Origin: an uncultured virus (IMG/VR IMGVR_UViG_2684622652_000002)
Taxonomy: Duplodnaviria; Heunggongvirae; Uroviricota; Caudoviricetes
Direction: 5' to 3' (one strand)
IMG/VR virus record: IMGVR_UViG_2684622652_000002
DNA: 34,650 nt
In this document: piece after piece, positions 1 to 7,654 of the stretch
How positions within the stretch are numbered: position 1 is the stretch's first letter
How the letters are laid out: each line of letters starts with the position of its first letter
Notes under the pieces: generated by a model
Database searches by the model: none
Told to the model about the DNA's origin: nothing
Seen by the model: only the letters and a program-made list of their open reading frames with translations
Made by a program: the position numbers and the translations under genes

Positions 1-116
1 TCATCAGCAACAACGCGTTCGGCAACATCGTCCCAGCGACCGTTATCCAACATAAGACCGCCCAGAACTGCCTGTTCCGCCTCAATAGAATGCGGTGGCG
101 ATTTAATTTCACCCAT
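1..116 (-). CDS. ban: DnaB-type replicative helicase (P1 Ban analogue), 5' end only; runs off the window
   Basis: Manual translation from ATG at 116 gives MGEIKSPPHSIEAEQAVLGGLMLDNGRWDDVAERVVAD, the DnaB N-terminal PPHSIEAEQAVLG motif. P1 synteny. Confidence 0.93.
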   Translation of the reverse strand, partial: MGEIKSPPHSIEAEQAVLGGLMLDNGRWDDVAERVVAD

Positions 117-138
117 GACTTCACTCTTTTATTAATAA

Positions 139-155
139 ATAAAAATTAGAGCAAT
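139..155 (-). promoter_or_regulatory. Degenerate C1 repressor operator upstream of ban
   Basis: Minus strand ATTGCTCTAATTTTTAT, 13/17 to the P1 C1 consensus ATTGCTCTAATAAATTT, with the first 11 nt exact. Confidence 0.7.
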
Positions 156-160
156 TATTA

Positions 161-289
161 TCAATTTTTCTTGACATTAGACTTGGGGCGCTTGCTTGCT
201 TTGATTAGCCCTTCTATGCCGGAAAAGACAACCAACAAGAGCACAATGGTAAAGACTGGATGGTCAAATATGAGTTGTAGAATTTGCAT
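161..289 (-). CDS. Small (42 aa) single-pass membrane protein
   Basis: MQILQLIFDHPVFTIVLLLVVFSGIEGLIKASKRPKSNVKKN: hydrophobic stretch then basic tail. GGGA upstream of ATG 289. The longer start at 367 would lie inside the structured RNA. Confidence 0.6.
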   Translation of the reverse strand: MQILQLIFDHPVFTIVLLLVVFSGIEGLIKASKRPKSNVKKN

Positions 290-321
290 GGTAATCCCAG
301 GTGCATCCGAGTGTGGAAAAT

Positions 322-1112
322 GTTGTGGTGCCGGGTGCCTCCCGGTGTCCTTTGGCTGGTTAGCCACCGTGGACGGGGAAAAAATTTTTAAAGGAGAACA
401 AACTACTAACCATTTCCCCGCGTGCGCTTAGCCGCATTCACCACAACGGAAAGAGCACTGTATCGTTTGTATTCCCTCCCTGTTGACAATCACCAATGGG
501 TCCGACGTCAACGTATCAATGCTCTTACCTGTTGTGTGCCGGTTACGTATCCGGCGAGGGCTTCCACCTCCGTATGCTTTTCGGCACTTCGTGCCCTGGC
601 TACATAACGGCAAGGGCATTGCCCCATCGTTCAGACCGACATGTCCCCCTCTCGGCTGCAACAAGTCAACGCCCTTGCAGTTATGTGCCGGTTACGGTTC
701 CGGCCAGGCCTCTTCCTCAACGGGGTATTCTCCATTCGGACTACCGTTTGTTGGTCGTTCCTGCGGTTAAGTTGTAGTGGCCGGTGCTGATATCCGGCCT
801 TGGTGGTATTTGCCGCCATACTTTCAGGCGCGTCCCAAGTCTCCAATTTCCACCCATCCGGCTATTACGGGTGCGCATCAGCCTGCGCATTCACTACAAC
901 GGAAAGAGCATTCCTGCCATGTGCACTCATTCAAGTGGAATGCATAAGGTGGTGTCTGAAATGCTCTTACCTGTTATGTCCTCGTCTCTTCCGAGGTGTC
1001 ACACCTGATCGCCAAGATGGTGAGTCCATGGAACGCCGCTATGCACGGGGCTTGCACATTCCGGCTACCTGGTTTGTTTGCCTGAGCAGAGGGAAAAGAA
1101 ACCCTCTATAAC
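322..1112 (-). ncRNA. Array of about 8 interlocking stem-loop modules (putative processed small RNAs)
   Basis: Repeated GTTRTR...YAYAAC closing stems. Direct repeats at 434-457/887-910 (23/24), 518-537/960-979 (19/20) and 531-547/680-696 (16/17). No credible ORF. Lies downstream of the promoter at 1195-1222. Confidence 0.7.
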
Positions 1113-1179
1113 GTCACCAGACCGCTATCGACGCATGTGCCAGACGCCGTGTTAAAAAATAGTCTCGCTTTACAAAATA

Positions 1180-1223
1180 AAATTTATTAGAGCAATTATA
1201 CTTAAAAAATCAATTAGAACAAT
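1180..1223 (-). promoter_or_regulatory. Leftward sigma70 promoter overlapped by two tandem C1 operators
   Basis: Operators at 1180-1196 (17/17) and 1207-1223 (14/17). -35 TTGTTC (1217-1222), 16-bp spacer, -10 TATAAT (1195-1200). Confidence 0.85.
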
Positions 1224-1228
1224 AGCGA

Positions 1229-1927
1229 TTATGGGATGATTTTGAACTCACGCAGTTTTGCCACAGCCTTGTCAAACTCGGCCATACCATCAACCATCGC
1301 CTCAACAGCTTTCGTTACTTTAGTATGCGCAAGAAGCACTTCGCGACGAACAGGTTCAAGCTGCTTCTGAAACACATCCTTCGCCGTTATGGTTCGTTCT
1401 GTTTCTTCAGCCTGGCGCAGAAGTTCTTCTGCTTTTTTGCGTAGCTCAAGTGGAGAGAGATTTTGTTTCGTTACAATCACTTCTTTATCCTTGTCTTTAA
1501 TATCTGACGATAATTGAACGGGGGCTGTCTTAATCTGCGCTGGCAGGCGCTCGGTACATTCTTTACATCTGAAGGACTTGTTCTTGTGTCCATAGAATTC
1601 GCCCGCGGGCTTTTCTTTCAGACATTCAGCGCATGTATAGAGCGGTTCGGTTGTGTCATCACCGTTTCTTTCTTCAATGTGCTCAGTTAAATAACGTTTA
1701 TGACGTAACCAAATGTTCTCCCGACCGGGCTTACCCGTACGGATGACCACCAGTTGGTTATAATGCTCGATCACCTCAAGCAACTGCTTACGCGACTTCT
1801 TGTTGAGAAACGTATACGCTTCAACCTTCAGCAGATCATTAACATCAACGCCATTCGGATGTTTGCTAACAAACGCTTTTACGCGATCCAGAGCTAAAGC
1901 CAGGTGAGGAGGTGTAGTTCTGGCCAT
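1229..1927 (-). CDS. Hypothetical early protein with a CxxC...CxxC zinc-ribbon-like motif and a C-terminal coiled coil
   Basis: 232 aa with CAEC...CKEC. ATG overlaps the dmt stop (TAATG), implying translational coupling. Confidence 0.8.
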   Translation of the reverse strand: MARTTPPHLALALDRVKAFVSKHPNGVDVNDLLKVEAYTFLNKKSRKQLLEVIEHYNQLVVIRTGKPGRENIWLRHKRYLTEHIEERNGDDTTEPLYTCAECLKEKPAGEFYGHKNKSFRCKECTERLPAQIKTAPVQLSSDIKDKDKEVIVTKQNLSPLELRKKAEELLRQAEETERTITAKDVFQKQLEPVRREVLLAHTKVTKAVEAMVDGMAEFDKAVAKLREFKIIP

Positions 1928-4440
1928 TAAGCTAATACTCCTATGATGTCAGTAACAGTTTCTCGCGTTTCCCCGGTACAGGATATAGAGCGGCGCGCCC
2001 GTAGCGGCCTTACATCAAATCCCATACTGGTATACAACTCACGAATCGCCGGGGCTCCACTATTTGTAATAACCACGCTGGCGCCGCGCTGGTGGGCGGC
2101 TTTCAGTGACTGCGCAAGACGTACCTGATCGTCAAAACGGAAGCTTTGTCCACTGTAATTCGTGAACCCTGATTTGCCCGGCATCGGCTCATACGGCGGA
2201 TCACAGAAAACCACATCCCCCTCCCCCGCCAGCGCCACAGTGTCATTGCAATCGGCAACGGCGAAGGTACAGCGGCTCGCTACGGCGGAAAAAGCTTCCA
2301 GTTCGGCTAATGGGAAGTACGGCTGGCGATACTTTCCAAATCCCACGTTGAACTCGCCCTGGCGGTTGTAACGCATGAGGCCGTTGTAGCAGTGGCGGTT
2401 GAGGTAGATAAAGGCGGCGGCGCGCTCCATCTGCGTCATGTCGCGGCGATTAAAACGTACTTTGATATCATCAAAGTATTCCGGGTTGTTGCCTTCACGG
2501 AACATTACGTTAGCTTTGTCGATTAGCGCCAGCGGCTCACGCTGCATCACCTGGTATGTCAGGATCAGGTCTTGGCAGGCGTCGCTTACGATCGCCTCAT
2601 CAAACCCGGCGTTCAGGAAGATAGAACCGCCACCAGCAAACGGCTCAATCAGACGGTGCCCATGAGGCATGTGCGCCAGCAAGTCATCAATCACGCCGAA
2701 CTTACCACCGGCCCATTTCAGGAATGGCTTTATGCGGCCAGATGGCGTAGTGGTTTTTGACAATCTCTCGATGATGCGTTTGCCAATCCAACGCATCACC
2801 GGCACCGCCATTGAGTTGCCGAGCGCTTTATAGCGTGGGCCGTCGGCGGCCAGGCGGTGCGCCTCTTCTTCAGGCATGTCAGGGAAATGTTCTCGCAGAT
2901 ACGCAAGCTCATCAGCGATTAACGTATTGCGCTTATTTGCGGGGATCAGGGTGTGGAAGTCAGGGAAGCCCTGAAGACGCTCACACTCAAGTGGAGTCAG
3001 GCGACGTACTGACATTCCGTTGATAATCGCTGGATAGCCCTGGTCGGGGTTCCCGCCACCCGCAGAAAACAGGCCGGATACCAGACCATTACTATCCTGA
3101 AGATGTTTCTCTCCACGACTGTTTTCAGTAAAAGCCTGCACAACACATGGTGCAGAATCCCCTCTCCCCGAACCACCTGATTGGGCATTTAATGCATGGC
3201 AAATGTCGCCCATATCACCGCGTCCATTGCGGGCGATCCGTGGCTGAAAGCCATATGTTATCGCAGTAGGATTACGGGACTGTGTCGTCGGCGATACACC
3301 TTCAGCCGACGCATATTGTGTACTGCTCATGTACGCAGGAAAGGCTAATACGGCGAGATGCTCATGGCTTTCCTGTTCACGGGCTCGCAAAGTACCAGGC
3401 CCTTCGCTCCAGAATCCGGCACCAGTGCTACTGAAAACAATTGGCGCTTCATGGTTGCAGGTCAATGTAGGGGCAGAATCATCAGTTTTAATTTCCGCGC
3501 CACCTTGCCCGTGGGCCATGACCGCTACAGGGATAAAATGTCCGGCGGCAGCACCTTCTGGCCGACCACCCGCGCCCCCCGTGAATGAGTGGGCAGCGAG
3601 CGCGCCTACTACTTGAAGATGTCCTGCTTGTCCCTGGTTGTCGTCTGCACCACATGTTCCAACGCCATTTGCAGTAAGGGCGGCAACCGTCTGCCACGTT
3701 TCTTTGCTCGGTGGAGTATTCCGACGCACGCCTTCGAACTCAAAAAGTATCGTTTCGGGATCGAACCCTTCTCCAGCACTTCCGACAACGAAGACGCGGT
3801 GGCGTCGTTGTGGAACGCCGAAGTATTCGGCATCAAGGACTCGCCAGGCCAGTTTGCGCTGTCGTCCAACAACACAACCAGACTGTGGCCACTTTGGATA
3901 ATGCTTGCGGGCTTTTTTGTCCCAGCGCCAGAACGTGCTGTTTTTTCCTCGCTCAGGTCGTGGACCAGGTTCGAACGGTTCATCTTCTCCAGCCAGACCG
4001 GCAAGGAGGCACCCAAAGGCATTGTCTTTACTGGAGAGGACGCCGGGTACGTTTTCCCAGCAGAATATGGCGGGTGGTAGGCCTTGCCTGATACGGCTAT
4101 AGTCGATTGCATTTACTAATTCCACATATGCGAGAGTTAACTGACCGCGCTTATCAGCAAGCCCCCTTCTCAGCCCGGCGATAGAGAATGCCTGGCATGG
4201 AGTTCCGCCCACCAGCAGGTCAGGCGCGGCTACTTCATTAGCGGCGACAGATGCCGCTATTTTGGTCATATCCCCCAGATTAGGTACTTCAGGCCAACGT
4301 TCGGCCAGAACGGCACAGGGGAAAGGCTCAATTTCGGAGAACCACGCCGGGCGCATACCCAGCGGCTCCCAGGCGATGCTGGCCGCCTCTATGCCGGAAC
4401 AAACCGAACCGTAAGTAAGGGTAATGCAGCTCTTTGCCAT
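1927..4440 (-). CDS. dmt: Bifunctional DNA methyltransferase: N-terminal C5-cytosine MTase fused to C-terminal Dam-family N6-adenine MTase
   Basis: C5 motifs CSGIEA, GGTPCQAFS, WENVPG, PQRRHRVF, RRLTPLECERLQGFP and YKALGNSM. Dam motifs KPFLKWAGGK, EPFAGGGS and DPPY. Start placed at ATG 4440, coupled to the upstream stop. Confidence 0.93.
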   Translation of the reverse strand: MAKSCITLTYGSVCSGIEAASIAWEPLGMRPAWFSEIEPFPCAVLAERWPEVPNLGDMTKIAASVAANEVAAPDLLVGGTPCQAFSIAGLRRGLADKRGQLTLAYVELVNAIDYSRIRQGLPPAIFCWENVPGVLSSKDNAFGCLLAGLAGEDEPFEPGPRPERGKNSTFWRWDKKARKHYPKWPQSGCVVGRQRKLAWRVLDAEYFGVPQRRHRVFVVGSAGEGFDPETILFEFEGVRRNTPPSKETWQTVAALTANGVGTCGADDNQGQAGHLQVVGALAAHSFTGGAGGRPEGAAAGHFIPVAVMAHGQGGAEIKTDDSAPTLTCNHEAPIVFSSTGAGFWSEGPGTLRAREQESHEHLAVLAFPAYMSSTQYASAEGVSPTTQSRNPTAITYGFQPRIARNGRGDMGDICHALNAQSGGSGRGDSAPCVVQAFTENSRGEKHLQDSNGLVSGLFSAGGGNPDQGYPAIINGMSVRRLTPLECERLQGFPDFHTLIPANKRNTLIADELAYLREHFPDMPEEEAHRLAADGPRYKALGNSMAVPVMRWIGKRIIERLSKTTTPSGRIKPFLKWAGGKFGVIDDLLAHMPHGHRLIEPFAGGGSIFLNAGFDEAIVSDACQDLILTYQVMQREPLALIDKANVMFREGNNPEYFDDIKVRFNRRDMTQMERAAAFIYLNRHCYNGLMRYNRQGEFNVGFGKYRQPYFPLAELEAFSAVASRCTFAVADCNDTVALAGEGDVVFCDPPYEPMPGKSGFTNYSGQSFRFDDQVRLAQSLKAAHQRGASVVITNSGAPAIRELYTSMGFDVRPLRARRSISCTGETRETVTDIIGVLA
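3609..4112 (-). CDS. Nested alternative-frame ORF, probable beta subunit of the C5 MTase (M.EcoHK31I beta-like); start uncertain
   Basis: 167-aa ORF on the same strand in a different frame inside dmt. Contains SSLSEVLEKGSIPKRYFLSSKACVGILHRAKKRGRRLP, resembling the L.DILE...kYyLS element of C5 MTases. Confidence 0.65.
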   Translation of the reverse strand: MQSTIAVSGKAYHPPYSAGKTYPASSPVKTMPLGASLPVWLEKMNRSNLVHDLSEEKTARSGAGTKKPASIIQSGHSLVVLLDDSANWPGESLMPNTSAFHNDATASSLSEVLEKGSIPKRYFLSSKACVGILHRAKKRGRRLPPLLQMALEHVVQTTTRDKQDIFK

Positions 4441-4607
4441 CACCACCCCCGCCCAGCACGGCGGCGCATCTCTTCTTTGGCTTTTCTGCGCGGCGAAAGG
4501 ATATAGACGTCTATCCACGCCCACCCAACCGAGCACAGGAAAATTACCAGTGCGATAAGAACCGCGATCAGATCGCCTAAGTTAAAAAAGAAATGGATAT
4601 TGCTCAT
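4440..4607 (-). CDS. Small (55 aa) membrane protein missing from the ORF track
   Basis: [59 protein letters not shown] overlap with the hrdC stop and TGATG overlap with the dmt start. Confidence 0.75.
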   Translation of the reverse strand: MSNIHFFFNLGDLIAVLIALVIFLCSVGWAWIDVYILSPRRKAKEEMRRRAGRGW

Positions 4608-5512
4608 CGCTTAGCCTCACCGCCAAGCCCGGATACCAGTGCATCAACCAGGCAGGACAGTTCGCTGGTTAAAAGCAAGAAATCAGCGTCGAGACGCTGC
4701 GCAACATCCTCACGATCGATGTCGTCATTCTGGCCGATCAGCTCGTCAGCAAATTTCAGGCTGGAAAGGCCAAAATTATCGTCCAGGGTAAATCTGATTC
4801 GGTCCTGCCAGTTCAGGGACAATTTTGTTACAAGCTTTCCTGCGTCCAGATGAGTGAATATCTCATCACTGACTAAATCCTGTTTTTTCAGGCGAGCAGT
4901 ACCGCCATCTTCCAGTAACGCTTTCAGTTCTGCGGAATCTCCCATGACAAAGCCCTGCGGAGCATTGCCACTACGAACCCATTCCGTCATTGTCAGCTCT
5001 ATGGGGTTTTCAGTGGTCAGCGGCACAACCGGTAATGACCCCAGGGATTTACGTATGAGTGCCAGCATATCTTCTGCCTGGCGTGGGCCAGCGTTGATGT
5101 ATATGCGCTTAGTGGAACCGTCGTAAATGGCCTGGGTAGTAGTAAATTTGGAGAATGCTCGCGGCAGCAGTGAGTGCAGAACTTCGTCTTTCAGGGCGTC
5201 TTTTTCGGTTTTTTTCAACTTACGGGCCTGCTCCTGCTCCAGTTTTTCTACCTTGCTAGTAAGTTCTCGCTGGATAACCGGCGCCGGGATAATTTTTGTT
5301 TCACGTTTAGCCTCGACAAGGATGAAGCCATTACCGTGCATTGCGGCGACGTCCGAATGCTCACCAAACGGAGAAACAAAACCAAATTTAGCCATATCCT
5401 GGCTACAGCACGGCGTAAACAGGATCTGCTTCGATTTATCTTCCAGTTCGATAAGGTTTTCGATGTCGCGAGACAGTGAATAAACAGTGAGTTTTTTCCA
5501 TTGCTTAAACAT
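4604..5512 (-). CDS. hrdC: RdgC-family recombination-associated protein (P1 HrdC)
   Basis: [52 protein letters not shown] segment and [13 protein letters not shown] are RdgC signatures. Confidence 0.93.
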   Translation of the reverse strand: MFKQWKKLTVYSLSRDIENLIELEDKSKQILFTPCCSQDMAKFGFVSPFGEHSDVAAMHGNGFILVEAKRETKIIPAPVIQRELTSKVEKLEQEQARKLKKTEKDALKDEVLHSLLPRAFSKFTTTQAIYDGSTKRIYINAGPRQAEDMLALIRKSLGSLPVVPLTTENPIELTMTEWVRSGNAPQGFVMGDSAELKALLEDGGTARLKKQDLVSDEIFTHLDAGKLVTKLSLNWQDRIRFTLDDNFGLSSLKFADELIGQNDDIDREDVAQRLDADFLLLTSELSCLVDALVSGLGGEAKR

Positions 5513-5789
5513 GCATTAGTCCTTGAATTGAGCTAACCGAGAGATTTTCACGATAGAAAACAGTCAGGCTGGAGCAGCCGCGAGTTCTGGCATAGGAGCT
5601 TGGCCCCAGCTCGTTGTTCCAGATGTAGGGTTTTTTGTCAGTTCGCCGGAGCATGAAAACATCCTCATCCGGGGAGTCGGCCTTGCTGGCGATCAGGCAA
5701 AAGCCTTCTTTGACCATGACGGCCTGAAGGTTGTCGAGTTCGCCGCTTGTAACCCGGCGATCGAACTCTTTTCGACTAATCAGCTTCAT
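5505..5789 (-). CDS. uhr: Hypothetical protein (P1 Uhr position), first gene of the early operon
   Basis: 94-aa ORF overlapping the hrdC start, AAGGA RBS. Symbol assigned by synteny. Confidence 0.7.
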   Translation of the reverse strand: MKLISRKEFDRRVTSGELDNLQAVMVKEGFCLIASKADSPDEDVFMLRRTDKKPYIWNNELGPSSYARTRGCSSLTVFYRENLSVSSIQGLMHV

Positions 5790-5839
5790 TTGCGTCCTTA
5801 CGTCACGTTCTAAAGGTGAGCAGATGGTAGCGCAATTTC

Positions 5840-5869
5840 AGCCTAAAAAACATAATTTATTAGAACAAT
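5840..5869 (-). promoter_or_regulatory. C1 operator and early promoter of the uhr-hrdC-dmt operon
   Basis: Operator at 5853-5869 (15/17). -35 TTGTTC, 17-bp spacer, -10 TAGGCT. Confidence 0.8.
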
Positions 5870-5898
5870 TTTAATTGTTACTCGTTAACACACACCAC

Positions 5899-5917
5899 TA
5901 ATGACAAGGCTTACAAT
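5899..5917 (+). promoter_or_regulatory. Putative Lpa-type late promoter
   Basis: TAATGACAA-N4-TACAAT, the same geometry as the other late promoter candidates in the window. Confidence 0.45.
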
Positions 5918-5946
5918 TTTTAAACCATAACAAAAAGGTGATTTGA

Positions 5947-6231
5947 ATGTCGGCGATAGCTACAAAAAACAGTATTTGTTCAGGCCACGGAGGGTTTCCA
6001 TCTCGACCGCCCGTGGAAAGTGAATCATTGTTGAAAATTAACGGTATAGACGTGCTGGTGGATGCAAATCAGTATGCGCAGCACAGCGATGGAAACAGCA
6101 CGCACGGCGGGCAGGCCATGTCCACCCGCCCGTGGTTCACAGTAAATGGCAAAGCGGTTGTCTGTGTGGGAGATCCAGTCTCATGTGGGTCTACCGTCGC
6201 AGCCGGTGATGCATTAGTACAAATCAGTTAG
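5947..6231 (+). CDS. upfC: PAAR-domain tail spike tip protein (T4 gp5.4-like; P1 UpfC)
   Basis: CSGHGGF...INGIDV...H...H...TVNGKAVVCVGDPVSCGSTV: PAAR pattern with His/Cys metal ligands. Confidence 0.88.
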   Translation: MSAIATKNSICSGHGGFPSRPPVESESLLKINGIDVLVDANQYAQHSDGNSTHGGQAMSTRPWFTVNGKAVVCVGDPVSCGSTVAAGDALVQIS

Positions 6232-6240
6232 GGGGACACT

Positions 6241-7023
6241 ATGCTGGAGAAGGATTACCAGTTAGCGGCATACAAAAATCTTGTGGCCGCCGGCGGCCTG
6301 AAAACACCAGATGCGATCGCGACATCAATCAGCTGCGCAGCGGAAGCGAAAAATCTATCTGACCAGTTGGCGGGGCTTGTGCTGGAAACGGTGACTTATC
6401 CCGACACGATCGCCAGCAACGTTATTACGATCACTGACACAGCCGATATCATGAACTCCACCAGCCAGATGGCAAAAGAGCATTCAGATTTGCTGGCTGC
6501 TAATGCGGATCTTTCGGTGCTGTTACAGCTTAACATTGGTTGGGATGTCTACTGCCGGGCAAATACGCTGGAAGTCACTGAACTACCGATTTCTGTCGCC
6601 ATCGGCGATAACGTAACCCCTAAAACCCTGCTGGACTGCATTAATGCCCTTGATATTGATGCTGTCGTGACTGCCATGACCGAAATAAATCAGGTGCTAA
6701 ATACGGGCGCAGGAGGCGATACAGGCAGCGGAGAGACACAACCAGCCCCTTCCCTGACCAGCGACCAGATCGATGCGCTGGCAGCCGCCTGCGAAAGCCT
6801 GACGGCTTCTGTAAGTAATCTTGCTGCTCCACGCGATGCACTGAAGGCATTGTTCGATAAAGCCGGGCAGAGTGTCAGCACCAGTATGCAGGCGTATAGC
6901 AATGCCATAAATACTGCGCTGGCGGAGGCATCTGCAAATAACACAAGTACAGCAAGTGCGGTCGAAGCCCTGGTGCCGAAGAGTGTGATGGATGAGCTGA
7001 AAAAATACCGGACTGACATATGA
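6241..7023 (+). CDS. upfB: Hypothetical, probably virion-associated protein (P1 UpfB position)
   Basis: 260-aa ORF with GGGGA RBS. Symbol assigned by synteny. Confidence 0.7.
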   Translation: MLEKDYQLAAYKNLVAAGGLKTPDAIATSISCAAEAKNLSDQLAGLVLETVTYPDTIASNVITITDTADIMNSTSQMAKEHSDLLAANADLSVLLQLNIGWDVYCRANTLEVTELPISVAIGDNVTPKTLLDCINALDIDAVVTAMTEINQVLNTGAGGDTGSGETQPAPSLTSDQIDALAAACESLTASVSNLAAPRDALKALFDKAGQSVSTSMQAYSNAINTALAEASANNTSTASAVEALVPKSVMDELKKYRTDI

Positions 7024-7054
7024 CCTGTCAGAAAATGGATCGTCAGGAGGTGTT

Positions 7055-7477
7055 ATGTCGATATTTTCCACGCTGAAAGAGGCGCTGTCGTTGAAAGAAA
7101 AACTGGTGGTCGGTGCTGGTGCTGCGCTGGTTATCGGAATTGTGATTGCTGGCGTGGTATGGGAGCACCGTCAACTGATACAGGCCACTGAGAATTTAGG
7201 TCGTCTGGATCAGGTTATACGCGAACGAGACGCCACTATCCAGATTCAGAATACGGCGATTAACGCGCTAAACGACGCACAGAAGGCTTTTCAGGTTCAG
7301 GAGGCAAAAGACGATGAAGAACAGTCGAAATACGCTGATAAGCAGGAGGAGCGGAAAGAAGTGGTCCGTAAACAACTGCATGCGGCAGGTACTGCTCGCC
7401 AGCGCATTCCTGCTGACACTCAACGGCTGCTCAGGCAATCAATCAGTGAATTTAACGCCGACGCCGGCAGAGGTTAA
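7055..7477 (+). CDS. ppfA: Inner-membrane spanin-like protein (Rz-like; P1 PpfA position)
   Basis: N-terminal TM segment (LVVGAGAALVIGIVIAGVVW) followed by a coiled coil. AGGAGG RBS. Overlapped by a lipoprotein gene. Confidence 0.75.
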   Translation: MSIFSTLKEALSLKEKLVVGAGAALVIGIVIAGVVWEHRQLIQATENLGRLDQVIRERDATIQIQNTAINALNDAQKAFQVQEAKDDEEQSKYADKQEERKEVVRKQLHAAGTARQRIPADTQRLLRQSISEFNADAGRG

Positions 7478-7643
7478 GCGTCCGATGCCGAAGGACGCTT
7501 TTATGTGCCGTATGCCGGAGTTTCGTAGTGAGTATTTTGATGATCTGCCAGCATACATCCTGAATACGGAAACTATGCTGTCATCCATCAACCGTAAAAA
7601 CCGTAATGTGAACAACTACAACCGCGCGATTGGCGGTAATTAA
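7380..7643 (+). CDS. mlp: Lipoprotein, o-spanin-like (Rz1-like; P1 Mlp position)
   Basis: MRQVLLASAFLLTLNG|CSG lipobox and a Pro-rich linker. Starts inside ppfA in another frame. Confidence 0.75.
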   Translation: MRQVLLASAFLLTLNGCSGNQSVNLTPTPAEVKRPMPKDAFMCRMPEFRSEYFDDLPAYILNTETMLSSINRKNRNVNNYNRAIGGN

Positions 7644-7654
7644 ATGGAATTTTT

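Noticed and set aside
171..1111. Short ORFs on both strands over the RNA array (e.g. 428-664, 483-770, 800-1111)
   Set aside because: Atypical Cys/Pro/Arg-rich composition, no clear RBS and mutual overlaps. Better explained as by-products of structured RNA.
322..1112. Canonical tRNA genes, CRISPR or TIGR array
   Set aside because: No GTTCRA T-loop or standard cloverleaf was seen, the repeats are not of fixed period, and no cas or Nop-domain gene lies nearby.
4441..4536. N-terminal extension of dmt given by the ORF track
   Set aside because: Motif I begins just after ATG 4440, and the extension overlaps a better-supported coupled 55-aa ORF.
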